Shown here: piece by piece, positions 16,304-25,487 of the stretch | Position numbering within the stretch: position 1 is the first letter of the stretch | How the letters are laid out: every line of letters starts with the position of its first letter | DNA from: a virus | Taxonomy: Duplodnaviria > Caudoviricetes | Length of the DNA stretch: 62,930 nt | IMG/VR virus record: IMGVR_UViG_3300009164_000073 | Coordinates: 1 to 62,930 of that record | Direction: 5' to 3' (one strand) | Made by a program: the position numbers and the translations under genes | Notes under the pieces: model-generated | What the model was told of the DNA's origin: nothing | Databases searched by the model: none | The model's input: the letters and a program-made list of their open reading frames with translations, nothing else

Positions 16304-17402
16304 AACTACCGCAATTAGACTGCTAAATCCTACAGCAATGTCGGTTACCTGGGATACTGGTCGCAGATGCAACTACGATTGTACATATTGTGAATCAACA
16401 AGACACGACTTAAAAAGTTCATATCACAGTTTTGAAGAACTTAAAAATACATATCATTTTATCAAAGAGTGGACCACAGAATACAATAGCAGACGAAAAG
16501 AAAACAAAGGAGTTAACATTGTGTTCACTGGCGGTGAACCAACAATTAATCCTAATTTCTGGAACCTTGTAGAATATATTAAAAACGATAGCGACAATTT
16601 TAATTTACAATTAACTACTAACGGTACTTGGGGCCCTAGTTATAGAGAAAAAATATTAAAATATCTCGACTGTGTTACTATCAGTTGGCACGCCGAAGGA
16701 CCGGCTAATCTCAAGCAACGAGCCATAGATAACATATTACATCTAAGCAACAGTGAAATCGTATTGCAGGTTAATCTTATGCTACACGCTGATCACTGGG
16801 ATGAAGCTATGGACGTCTGCAAGTTGCTAGATGACAATAATGTAAAGTATAATCCTAGACCAATTGGAGATGGAAACATAACTCGAGTTGGGTGGTTTAT
16901 CGATGCCGATGGCACTAATCGCAGAACATCTCATACCTATAGTAAAGAACAGCAAGAATGGTTTTTTAAAAAAATGGGAAGTAGTTTGCCTGGGTCTGAA
17001 AAAGCAGAAGGTAACCAATTAGGACGTGGGTGTTGTGGAGGTCGCTGCCTCGAAGCAAAAGTAGACGACCAGTGGCAAACTGTTAAGTTAGTTAATACTG
17101 AATTTAAAGGTTGGCAATGTATGGTTGATTGGTTTTTCCTACACATCGATCAACATACAGGACTAGTCTATCATCATCAAACCTGTCAGGCATTGCATAA
17201 TCAAAAAAGAGGAGCACTAGGACATCTAGACGATAAAGGACAAATGCTAACTGATCTTAAATTAAGATTAGAAAATCCTAGTCCTATTATTTGTCCCAAT
17301 CAAAGATGCGGGTGTGGAATGTGTGTTCCTAAGGCACGGGATCCTGTAGATTTTAAAATTATGTGGCAGGCGCTAACAGATGTGCCAGCTCAGGAAATGT
17401 AG
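16296..17402 (+). CDS. radical SAM protein, Cys-rich C-terminus
   Basis: CNYDCTYC, TGGEP; GCCGGRC and CPNQRCGCGMC. Confidence 0.9.
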   Translation: MIKTTAIRLLNPTAMSVTWDTGRRCNYDCTYCESTRHDLKSSYHSFEELKNTYHFIKEWTTEYNSRRKENKGVNIVFTGGEPTINPNFWNLVEYIKNDSDNFNLQLTTNGTWGPSYREKILKYLDCVTISWHAEGPANLKQRAIDNILHLSNSEIVLQVNLMLHADHWDEAMDVCKLLDDNNVKYNPRPIGDGNITRVGWFIDADGTNRRTSHTYSKEQQEWFFKKMGSSLPGSEKAEGNQLGRGCCGGRCLEAKVDDQWQTVKLVNTEFKGWQCMVDWFFLHIDQHTGLVYHHQTCQALHNQKRGALGHLDDKGQMLTDLKLRLENPSPIICPNQRCGCGMCVPKARDPVDFKIMWQALTDVPAQEM

Positions 17403-18789
17403 ATTTAAAATCTGTGCCGCGCTGATTATCCATTACTGTAATATATTCTCTAAAATCGGGTAACAAATGAGTATGGTCTTGAGCATCCATCCAATCTAGT
17501 ATACCTTCCCAGCGTTTCCAACCATAGGGATTTTTTTCCCAAAAATCTGCATCTTGAGTATAGTTATCCCATAACCAGTCTTGCAATTCAGCAAACAGTT
17601 TACGAACTTCGAATTTATCTTCCTTAGGCAGCACACGTAAACTTAACCACGTAGGAATCCACAATAAATGAACACTGGCTAATCCGCCACCGGTAACCTG
17701 TCCTGCAACATTTAATTCAAAATTTAATTTTTTAAATCCGCTTCGGACTTTCCATTTAAGCAATTCGGGTATATGTTTTATATTCAGTATTTGCGCTGCC
17801 AATTCAATAGTGGTAGTAATATTATCAGGAGTGTTCTCTAATCTATGCAAATTTTTCTCTACAACATTAAAATCCATCGGATAGCGAATGTAATTTACAC
17901 GATCCCCAATTCCATCAAGACTTACTGCAAATTTAACTTTTCTAAAATGCTTCCATATATTAATGATAGTTTCATCTATTAAGATTCCATTAGAATTATA
18001 TCTAAGAAGTATTTTATCAGCATAGCCCCTACGAATTATTTCTTCAAGAAATATTTTGTGTTCTTTAATTAAAAGAGGCTCACCGCCAGCAAAGTATATT
18101 TGCTTTAAGTTTGGAATCTGGTTGTATATATCGTTCCAAAAAGATGGATGTTCGTACCAATAGTTGTTGAACTCTTTTTGTTCCCAGAACATTTGATTTT
18201 TTATCTGAGAACTTTGAAAAATAGGAAATACTTTTTTGTGCTCTGGAACCCACATTGAACTATCGTGCGGACTACACATAATACATTTTAGATTGCAGGT
18301 ATGACCTAATCGTAAATCTAGATACTCTAACTTATAAGGAACAGTGCCGTCTTCTTCAGTATTATTAACTAGTTCGGGAATATTAGCATTTTCAGTTTTA
18401 AACCACGTAACTGTTTCCCAAATCCTCTTACTAGCGATCTCAGACTCTTCTTCATCGAAACATTTCTTACAACTTGCAGGAATTTTTCCCTCGAGCATAG
18501 TTGTTCTAACAGACTTCATATAGTTATTATTAAATGCACCCGCCGGCGTATCTTTGCCGAAGTTAGTTGGAGTACCATCTTCTTTTTTTACAAGGCCTAC
18601 TCCGTAGTCACCGGTATCTGCTCCACTGGCGTTTGCTACACAGCACAGTCGAGCATCGCCGTTTGGCCTTGTTGCTAGGTGATTCCACGGCAGCACACAA
18701 AAAGATTTTGACCCAGACAGGTCTTCAATAACTTTTTGCCATTTACCTATTTCGGTTGTTTCAGGTTGAATCCAGTATACATCTTTCAT
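17359..18789 (-). CDS. radical SAM protein with N-terminal twitch-like domain
   Basis: CNLKCIMC, AGGEP, SLDG; start set at MKDVYW. Confidence 0.9.
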   Translation of the reverse strand: MKDVYWIQPETTEIGKWQKVIEDLSGSKSFCVLPWNHLATRPNGDARLCCVANASGADTGDYGVGLVKKEDGTPTNFGKDTPAGAFNNNYMKSVRTTMLEGKIPASCKKCFDEEESEIASKRIWETVTWFKTENANIPELVNNTEEDGTVPYKLEYLDLRLGHTCNLKCIMCSPHDSSMWVPEHKKVFPIFQSSQIKNQMFWEQKEFNNYWYEHPSFWNDIYNQIPNLKQIYFAGGEPLLIKEHKIFLEEIIRRGYADKILLRYNSNGILIDETIINIWKHFRKVKFAVSLDGIGDRVNYIRYPMDFNVVEKNLHRLENTPDNITTTIELAAQILNIKHIPELLKWKVRSGFKKLNFELNVAGQVTGGGLASVHLLWIPTWLSLRVLPKEDKFEVRKLFAELQDWLWDNYTQDADFWEKNPYGWKRWEGILDWMDAQDHTHLLPDFREYITVMDNQRGTDFKSTFPELAHLLAPAT

Positions 18790-18829
18790 AATAGTAATTA
18801 TGTCTATATAACTGCCGCTAAATATTTCT

Positions 18830-19327
18830 ATGTTATACAAAGGTAATTTTTCAAATATTTTTGAGCCCGAGGCATTGCAATTTATTCTTGCAAATCAAGG
18901 GGACCTTCGCCCGCAGACTAATATCGATAGTTACCAATTGGATAATTTCGGGAAGTGGAAATCTGCTGGGTATGATATGAACAAAATACGTTGGGAAGTA
19001 TTTTCCGGAGATACACCTAAATTTAATTTTAAAATATCTCTGCCATTCAAAGGAACGATCAAATGGTGGTTTGCAAAACTACATCCAGGCGATATGTTTC
19101 CGTTACATTTAGATACGTTTCCGGATAATACAAATGTAAGACGATATTGGATAGCCTGTCAAGATTATATACCTGGACATATTTTTGCCTACGATGATAA
19201 AATTTTAACAGGATATAAAGCTGGTGATATTTTTATGTTCGATCACAGCACTGTGTTACACGGATCTGCTAATATAGGATTTACTCCTAAGATATCTTTA
19301 CAGGTTGCTGTTACAGATGATCAGTAA
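18830..19327 (+). CDS. 2OG-Fe(II)/AspH-like oxygenase
   Basis: PG.MFPLHLD...HGSANIG..PK. Confidence 0.7.
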   Translation: MLYKGNFSNIFEPEALQFILANQGDLRPQTNIDSYQLDNFGKWKSAGYDMNKIRWEVFSGDTPKFNFKISLPFKGTIKWWFAKLHPGDMFPLHLDTFPDNTNVRRYWIACQDYIPGHIFAYDDKILTGYKAGDIFMFDHSTVLHGSANIGFTPKISLQVAVTDDQ

Positions 19328-20103
19328 TGAGTAAGATGTGCGATGCCTATCTTGGCACGAAACGCCTGGGTGAATACCCCGTCAACTCTTAGACTAAATG
19401 TCTGTTTGTTTATCTTGCCGCCTGAATGCCAATCTTGATCATTGAAGAAAGTTGCGTGACTATTAACTAGTACCTTTGTATCCGTTTCAGCATCCCATAT
19501 ATAAAAGGGCTTGTCTAAGTTAGTACGCAAATGGATGAACTCGTGTCTATGATTAAAGTAGTCGTGCTCATCAGGTAGTATTAAATCACGATGCATTGCC
19601 ATTTGACAATCGTGTTCTGCTTTAAAGAATATAATACGACCTAGATATTCGAAGACCCCATCGGTGACTAGATTTTCTAACCACTCCTTAAGTTCTGGAA
19701 ATAATTGAGAATCCTTCGTCCATTCTTTTTCTTGAAATCGTGTTTCCCATCCACCCTCTTCAGTTTTTAAAAATATAAACTGATATGGGTCATACGCACC
19801 TAATGCCAACTTAAGAAACAGCATAAATTGATCACGATTCTTGTACTCTCCTAATTCTTTACCCAAAATTCTAATTTCGTGATCTTCAGGGAGACTGTAA
19901 TATTCCTCTAATGCCTTATACGGCGGCTTAAATGATAATTCGTAGACACCTTCAAATCCTCCAGGCTTCTCCATATTACCTTCTTTCTTATGTTCAGCCA
20001 GAACAAGACCTTTGCATATCTTATAATGCAGAGATTTAAATTCTTCAATATTAAGATAAGAATCTAAATTGAGAAATGGTTTGTTGTCAATACCGCGTAT
20101 CAT
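19321..20103 (-). CDS. non-heme Fe oxygenase-like protein (HxD...H)
   Basis: MHRD...FNDQDWH...RVDG; paralog of 11169..11885. Confidence 0.6.
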   Translation of the reverse strand: MIRGIDNKPFLNLDSYLNIEEFKSLHYKICKGLVLAEHKKEGNMEKPGGFEGVYELSFKPPYKALEEYYSLPEDHEIRILGKELGEYKNRDQFMLFLKLALGAYDPYQFIFLKTEEGGWETRFQEKEWTKDSQLFPELKEWLENLVTDGVFEYLGRIIFFKAEHDCQMAMHRDLILPDEHDYFNHRHEFIHLRTNLDKPFYIWDAETDTKVLVNSHATFFNDQDWHSGGKINKQTFSLRVDGVFTQAFRAKIGIAHLTHY

Positions 20104-20132
20104 ATTGATATTTACCACATAAATATCGCACT

Positions 20133-20804
20133 ATGAATATAACCGATTGGAATCTTTATTACAACCTCGAAGACACTGAATACGTCAGAGCCAACTTAGT
20201 TTACACTCCCTATGTAAGTCCAGACAATACAACTTTCTGTATGAGCTTTAATCGAGACCGTGCTTACCACAAAAATGAAAATGAAAATATTCTATGGTCT
20301 GAAGAATTACTAACCGATAGATTTTTAAAAGAAATAAAATTTCACAAACAGGCCTCTGCCACAATTCCCACTTTACAGATCAAAGATATTGATCACAAAG
20401 AAAGAAAAATCTTTTTAGAATGGCACGGCAATGATTTTTATATGCAAGGACTAAAAGAAGGTGGGTATAATAAAGTATTACCTAATTGGCAAGAGCAATG
20501 GATTGCATTGATAGAGAAAATGCGAGCTGCGGATATATTTAAAATTAGCTTACATCCCAACAGTTGGGTGGCACATCAAGGAACACTGATTCCATTTAAC
20601 TGGTTCTTCTGCTATCGAGAGAACGATGAATCTGTTACCCTGAGATCCCTGTTGATACAAATTAGCTCTGGACGGCAAGAGAAACTAGGAACAATAGATC
20701 TAGATCAATTACAGAGTCCTAGACAACTACAGCAAATAGCATTTAATAGTTTTAGACATAACTATCCCACGGAGTTAATTGACGATGTTTTATCAAAATC
20801 TTAA
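20133..20804 (+). CDS. protein-kinase-like fold, degenerate catalytic motifs
   Basis: FLKEI helix, P..IKDID, IFLEW hinge, SLHPNS (catalytic-loop position), FNWF (DFG position). Confidence 0.45.
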   Translation: MNITDWNLYYNLEDTEYVRANLVYTPYVSPDNTTFCMSFNRDRAYHKNENENILWSEELLTDRFLKEIKFHKQASATIPTLQIKDIDHKERKIFLEWHGNDFYMQGLKEGGYNKVLPNWQEQWIALIEKMRAADIFKISLHPNSWVAHQGTLIPFNWFFCYRENDESVTLRSLLIQISSGRQEKLGTIDLDQLQSPRQLQQIAFNSFRHNYPTELIDDVLSKS

Positions 20805-21831
20805 AGAACTAGAAATAGAAACCTCATCAATATGTAATGCGGCTTGTCCGATGTGTCTTAGAGATTTAACTCCTAATGACAAAACTTGGTTTGAAGAAAC
20901 ATATCTCGATGCTGATTTTTATGAGAATAGAATTCCTAATCACGTTTGGGAGAAAATAACATCAGTACTGTTTTACGGAATACTAGGTGATCCGTGCGCT
21001 GCCCCGAATTTTTTAGAAGTTTGTGAAGTTGTAAAACGCAAAGCTCCACACGCAGCGATAAGAGTATCTACTAACGGTGGGCTTCGTTCCGAAGATTTTT
21101 GGAAAAAACTTGCGGCAATCTTTACTAAAGATGACACAGTTACTTTTGCTATAGACGGGTTACGAGATACTAACCACATCTATAGAGTTAACGTAAATTT
21201 TGACAAAGTAATGGCTAATGCAAAAACTTTTATCAACAGTGGTGGCAGGGCGTGGTGGCAATGGATTGGGTTTAAACACAATCAGCATCAGGTAGAGATT
21301 GCAAAATCGTTGGCAAAAGAAATGGGCTTTGATAGATTTTACGAAAAACCGTCTCATCGATTTGTGTTTGCTGATAACATCGGTGGGGTAAAATACGGTG
21401 GGGATAATGTGTTATTAGAATCTCCTACGGTGAACGCCCATCCTCTAGTATATACACCAAAATTTAATTTTGACGAATGGTATAAAGATACAAATTCTAG
21501 TAATATTAATTGCTATGCTCAAGATCGAGAAAGTATCTATATAGATGCAAATGGGAATTTATTTCCGTGTTGCTCGATGGCGTCTGGACAAATGTACAAT
21601 CGAGTCATTGATTTTAAAGACGGATGGAATGATATTTGGGATCGATTCGGAGGCGACAAAATTAATCTCAAACATACGCAATGGGACGACATTGTCAATG
21701 GCCCGTTCTTTACAGGAGTAATGGATCGATGGGGAGCAGATTACACCAACGGAAGATTAGCTGTTTGCGCCAGTGTATGTTCTGATAGTAAATTTAAATT
21801 CAATAATAAGGTTTACACAAAAAAAACTTAA
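20785..21831 (+). CDS. radical SAM protein with SPASM/twitch domain
   Basis: CNAACPMC, G..GDP, STNG, AIDG, PCC. Confidence 0.9.
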   Translation: MFYQNLKELEIETSSICNAACPMCLRDLTPNDKTWFEETYLDADFYENRIPNHVWEKITSVLFYGILGDPCAAPNFLEVCEVVKRKAPHAAIRVSTNGGLRSEDFWKKLAAIFTKDDTVTFAIDGLRDTNHIYRVNVNFDKVMANAKTFINSGGRAWWQWIGFKHNQHQVEIAKSLAKEMGFDRFYEKPSHRFVFADNIGGVKYGGDNVLLESPTVNAHPLVYTPKFNFDEWYKDTNSSNINCYAQDRESIYIDANGNLFPCCSMASGQMYNRVIDFKDGWNDIWDRFGGDKINLKHTQWDDIVNGPFFTGVMDRWGADYTNGRLAVCASVCSDSKFKFNNKVYTKKT

Positions 21832-22391
21832 TGGCTGCTGTAAAATTAATTGAACACGATTTAACGTTTGTCCACATACCTAAAAGTGCTGGGTCGAGTG
21901 TTGTTCGATGGTTGACTAGAATGCCATATCAAATGATTAAAGGTCATCCGTCGTTGACTATAATTAAAGAACAATGGCCAGTTACGCAAACTTTTGCTGT
22001 TGTAAGGAATCCTTGGGCACGAATGGTTAGCGCATATTTCTATCTAAAACAATACGGATTCTATTGGGAAGATAACAATATCGCTTCCGTTGAAGAATTT
22101 CCAACCTGGAATGATTTTGTTGATCGGCTAGACTATGATACTAAAAGTTGGAATACCTTAACTACCAATCAATGTGAGTGGATTACTGATGGAGTGACCT
22201 ATCTTTTTAAAGCAGAAACACTAGATCAAGAATTCAATGTAATACAAAAACTACTACGTCGCGAAGATCCGTTACCCTATATCAATACATCGGACCACGA
22301 AGACTATCGTACATACTATACCGATGCTCAGAAGGCAAAAATAGGTCGAGCCTTTGAAAAAGACATTGACCTATACAAGTACACGTTCTAG
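21831..22391 (+). CDS. sulfotransferase (family 2-like)
   Basis: HIPKSAGSS (5'-PSB), VRNPWARMVSAY (3'-PB). Confidence 0.85.
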   Translation: MAAVKLIEHDLTFVHIPKSAGSSVVRWLTRMPYQMIKGHPSLTIIKEQWPVTQTFAVVRNPWARMVSAYFYLKQYGFYWEDNNIASVEEFPTWNDFVDRLDYDTKSWNTLTTNQCEWITDGVTYLFKAETLDQEFNVIQKLLRREDPLPYINTSDHEDYRTYYTDAQKAKIGRAFEKDIDLYKYTF

Positions 22392-22564
22392 GGAATTTTA
22401 TTCCAAACTGTTTCGTGTATGTAATATAAGATAGTGTTTACTATCATCTGCGCTATTGCAATTCCTGTAGCGACTACAAGCTGTCCAGTAACAACATAAG
22501 AAATTACAAAAGTCGAAGTAGATCCAACTAGTCTCCAAGTTAAGGTCTTTATCAGTGTTCTCAT
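22388..22564 (-). CDS. DUF2061-like small membrane protein (58 aa)
   Basis: MRTLIKTLTWRLVG...LYYIHETVWNKI; not in the track. Confidence 0.75.
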   Translation of the reverse strand: MRTLIKTLTWRLVGSTSTFVISYVVTGQLVVATGIAIAQMIVNTILYYIHETVWNKIP

Positions 22565-23352
22565 TTTAATCCTAGATCCTTACGGATTTTTGTAGCACTA
22601 ATATCGGTAACTGATTCGTCAAAGGTTTCTTCGCCGCTAGTGTAACCCACTCCACGACCCCAACCAATATGTATAATGTTAGGAACTAGCATAATATCGT
22701 ATTGCCCTTGATATAGAGGATCTAGATCACGTTTAATAAAACGCACAACGTCAACGAAATTAAACGGATTACTGTCTTGCCAACCTTGTACATCGCGTAC
22801 TTGGATAATAACTTGTCCGGTCTTGGTCAGCAGCCTTTCAAACAATGCACGATGACCATCGTGCCAAGGTTGCCAACGTCCTAGCATCTGTACAGTTTCT
22901 TTACGATTATCCCAACGTGGACGTCTGCGATTGTCTACAATATGATCAGCAACGAAGTCTGACCATTTGTCGGCATTCTGTTCTGTGATGCGGAAGTCAT
23001 AGATCTCCGGTTCAATAAACATCTTGTTAGTATCTGCGTAACGCCCTTCACGGATAGTATCCATCCAGACAGTCCAATCTGCTTTAAAGTTGTGACGCAT
23101 TTCGACTAGTGGTGCAACAAAGTCACAGAGTGCATAATCAGTACCACAGGTTTCTGCTAGATCATACATACGCTTACTTTGTCGTATGCGACCTTGCTCA
23201 CTGAAATCCCAATCGTCAAACTGCTTACGTACTTCGTCAGCGTTGAACCACGTAACTGTTTTCCCAGCATCTTCTAGTAGGCGTAGGAGTTTTTCTGCTA
23301 AGGTAGTTTTACCTGATCCAGGCAATCCCATAATTAAAATTCGTTGTGTCAT
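22561..23352 (-). CDS. cysC: adenylylsulfate kinase-like domain fused to an HxGH nucleotidyltransferase domain
   Basis: GLPGSGKTT P-loop, NADEVR, DFS..GR; C-terminal GRWQPWHDGH. Confidence 0.75.
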   Translation of the reverse strand: MTQRILIMGLPGSGKTTLAEKLLRLLEDAGKTVTWFNADEVRKQFDDWDFSEQGRIRQSKRMYDLAETCGTDYALCDFVAPLVEMRHNFKADWTVWMDTIREGRYADTNKMFIEPEIYDFRITEQNADKWSDFVADHIVDNRRRPRWDNRKETVQMLGRWQPWHDGHRALFERLLTKTGQVIIQVRDVQGWQDSNPFNFVDVVRFIKRDLDPLYQGQYDIMLVPNIIHIGWGRGVGYTSGEETFDESVTDISATKIRKDLGLK

Positions 23353-23942
23353 TTTTTCTTTCCTATAATCATATATCTATTGTAGAGAGGCAGCGACAGT
23401 TCGCCTTTCCAAAGTACATTTAAATTACTCTGATCTACAAATTCTCCCAAGCCTTGAACTATTCTTATATGCTCTGGTATATCGTAGTTATTACTCTGTA
23501 ATACAATTAGACTGTCTTTAGATATTCCGTTCAGCCACTGATCGTATTGCTCTTGTGTAATATGTTCACAGCTTGTGTTAATTATCACATCTGCCATAGT
23601 TGGGATCGTACACATATCGTGTGTAACCGCATTGAATTTTCCGGAAATTTCTTCTAGCTTGTTAATAGTGTTTGCTATCGTTTCACAGGAAGGATCGAGG
23701 TCCACACTGCGAATATGGCTTACGTATATGTCTGATTGGAATAGTAAACTGGCTAGCACCCCATTCCAACCGCCGTGTATATCTATGCTGACAACTTTAT
23801 TAACGTGTTTTCTTAAATTTGTTATCAACCAAATTTTAGACTTGATCTGCCCTTTCCAGAAACTTTCAAGTGTACGTTTAGGATCATCGCTGTCACGAAT
23901 AGCATCCATCCAAAATAAAACGTGATTTATATCAACCTGCAT
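23349..23942 (-). CDS. class I SAM-dependent methyltransferase-like
   Basis: IHGGWNG, SVDLD, INTSCEH. Confidence 0.7.
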   Translation of the reverse strand: MQVDINHVLFWMDAIRDSDDPKRTLESFWKGQIKSKIWLITNLRKHVNKVVSIDIHGGWNGVLASLLFQSDIYVSHIRSVDLDPSCETIANTINKLEEISGKFNAVTHDMCTIPTMADVIINTSCEHITQEQYDQWLNGISKDSLIVLQSNNYDIPEHIRIVQGLGEFVDQSNLNVLWKGELSLPLYNRYMIIGKKK

Positions 23943-24520
23943 AATTCCTCCGCATACACTTTATGACATTCTAGTCCTGGATGATTATCATCAAGAGCCA
24001 ATGGATATTTACTCGCATAATCTCTAATATACACAGGTAAGTGTGGTACTGTTATTCCAGCCATTGTTAACAGATGAGTATGTTTAATTCCTGGAACGAG
24101 ATTATGTATTCCTTTTCTAATTAAATTCGAATGGCTAATGTACAGTTTAGTCTGCATCGTTGCATCATACTCTGAATGATATTTCTTATAATAGTCTTCG
24201 TTATCCATCCAGGGTCCAATATCTTTAATCGTATTCTGATCTGTTAGCACACAGTTTCTATCAGGGCTCGCCCATAGGACAAATACAATATCCGATTCAC
24301 GAAAGCTGAAATTGATCAAAGTATGCCAGATGCGTTTGTTGCTTGATCCTGGCTCGGAAAGATTAACACACTCTCTTCCCAGCTTTTCGGCAAGTAGCTG
24401 AGGCCAGGCAAAGTAACTGGGTTCTAATCCAGGTTCGGTTGGTGGCACGTGACAGTCCGGTAACCCGTGACCGTAAGTTAGTGAACACCCAAATGCTATC
24501 AGTCTAGAGGAATTGCTCAT
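23927..24520 (-). CDS. SGNH-fold hydrolase/acyltransferase-like
   Basis: FGCSLTYG, NLS.PGSSN, DDNHPG. Confidence 0.7.
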   Translation of the reverse strand: MSNSSRLIAFGCSLTYGHGLPDCHVPPTEPGLEPSYFAWPQLLAEKLGRECVNLSEPGSSNKRIWHTLINFSFRESDIVFVLWASPDRNCVLTDQNTIKDIGPWMDNEDYYKKYHSEYDATMQTKLYISHSNLIRKGIHNLVPGIKHTHLLTMAGITVPHLPVYIRDYASKYPLALDDNHPGLECHKVYAEELCRLI

Positions 24521-25487
24521 TTAATCTGTCAAATGATCCGCAGTTCTTTGAACACTCGATCAGTCCTGTGGTATTCCAACAACCGGATATTTTATTAAAA
24601 AATCCCGATGTAAAAATTTCTTTCAGTGTCTGTTCTTTGAGGCTGGGGAATTCACCTACCTTAGACATATATTCAATCCTGCTGTCCTGCTTAGGAACAG
24701 TCCATTCCATATCTAGCCAGCAGCAGGGAGATACGATGCCAGACGCACTAACATAAATTTGTTCTGCTCGCTGTGCTTTACAAGTTATGATAGGTGTAAC
24801 TTCTTCAATGGCTGATTTTATACGAGGTACCATTTCGATACTTTTTGAAGTTGGCTTTAATGTATAAAGCTGTTTACCATTATCATCTAGCACAGGAAAT
24901 TCAGGATCTCGAAATCTACTTGTATGCTTACTAGAAAAATCTGCAAAACCTAATTGGTCACTTAACGCTCTACATTCTTTAACCTGATGTTCATTGTGTT
25001 CGAATATTAACATATCCCAACGAGCCCATCCACCGGCATTGATAAATGCTGCGGCATTTTCGATAATCTTATGCCAATCTGTACCAATGCGATATAAGTG
25101 ATGAGTGTCTTCTAATCCATCAATGCCGAATATAACTTTAACTTCTAATTCTGCTAGTCGCTCCCACCAAGCTAAATCTCTTGCGCTGCCGTTGGTGTGC
25201 ATATGAAGTATGATATCAGGGCTAATTGATCTTAAATATTCAAATATTTTTAAAGTATCTTTGGCAATGATCGGGTCGCCTAGATTACCACACATATTCA
25301 CGTGTTCTAGTCGTGAACAAAAATCAGCATCGAACCAACTCTTAAATTGTGCCAGTGTTATTTCGTCTAAGGTAATAAACGGGTTCATTGGTCCGCCGTT
25401 GAATCGACGAGGACACATTGGACACCGTGCTTGGCACTTAGAAGTAACTTCTAGATGTATTGATTTTATATCTTCATAATTATACAT
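24504..25487 (-). CDS. radical SAM protein (paralog of 20785..21831)
   Basis: CQARCPMC, G..GDP, HTNG, GIDG, PCC. Confidence 0.9.
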   Translation of the reverse strand: MYNYEDIKSIHLEVTSKCQARCPMCPRRFNGGPMNPFITLDEITLAQFKSWFDADFCSRLEHVNMCGNLGDPIIAKDTLKIFEYLRSISPDIILHMHTNGSARDLAWWERLAELEVKVIFGIDGLEDTHHLYRIGTDWHKIIENAAAFINAGGWARWDMLIFEHNEHQVKECRALSDQLGFADFSSKHTSRFRDPEFPVLDDNGKQLYTLKPTSKSIEMVPRIKSAIEEVTPIITCKAQRAEQIYVSASGIVSPCCWLDMEWTVPKQDSRIEYMSKVGEFPSLKEQTLKEIFTSGFFNKISGCWNTTGLIECSKNCGSFDRLNEQFL

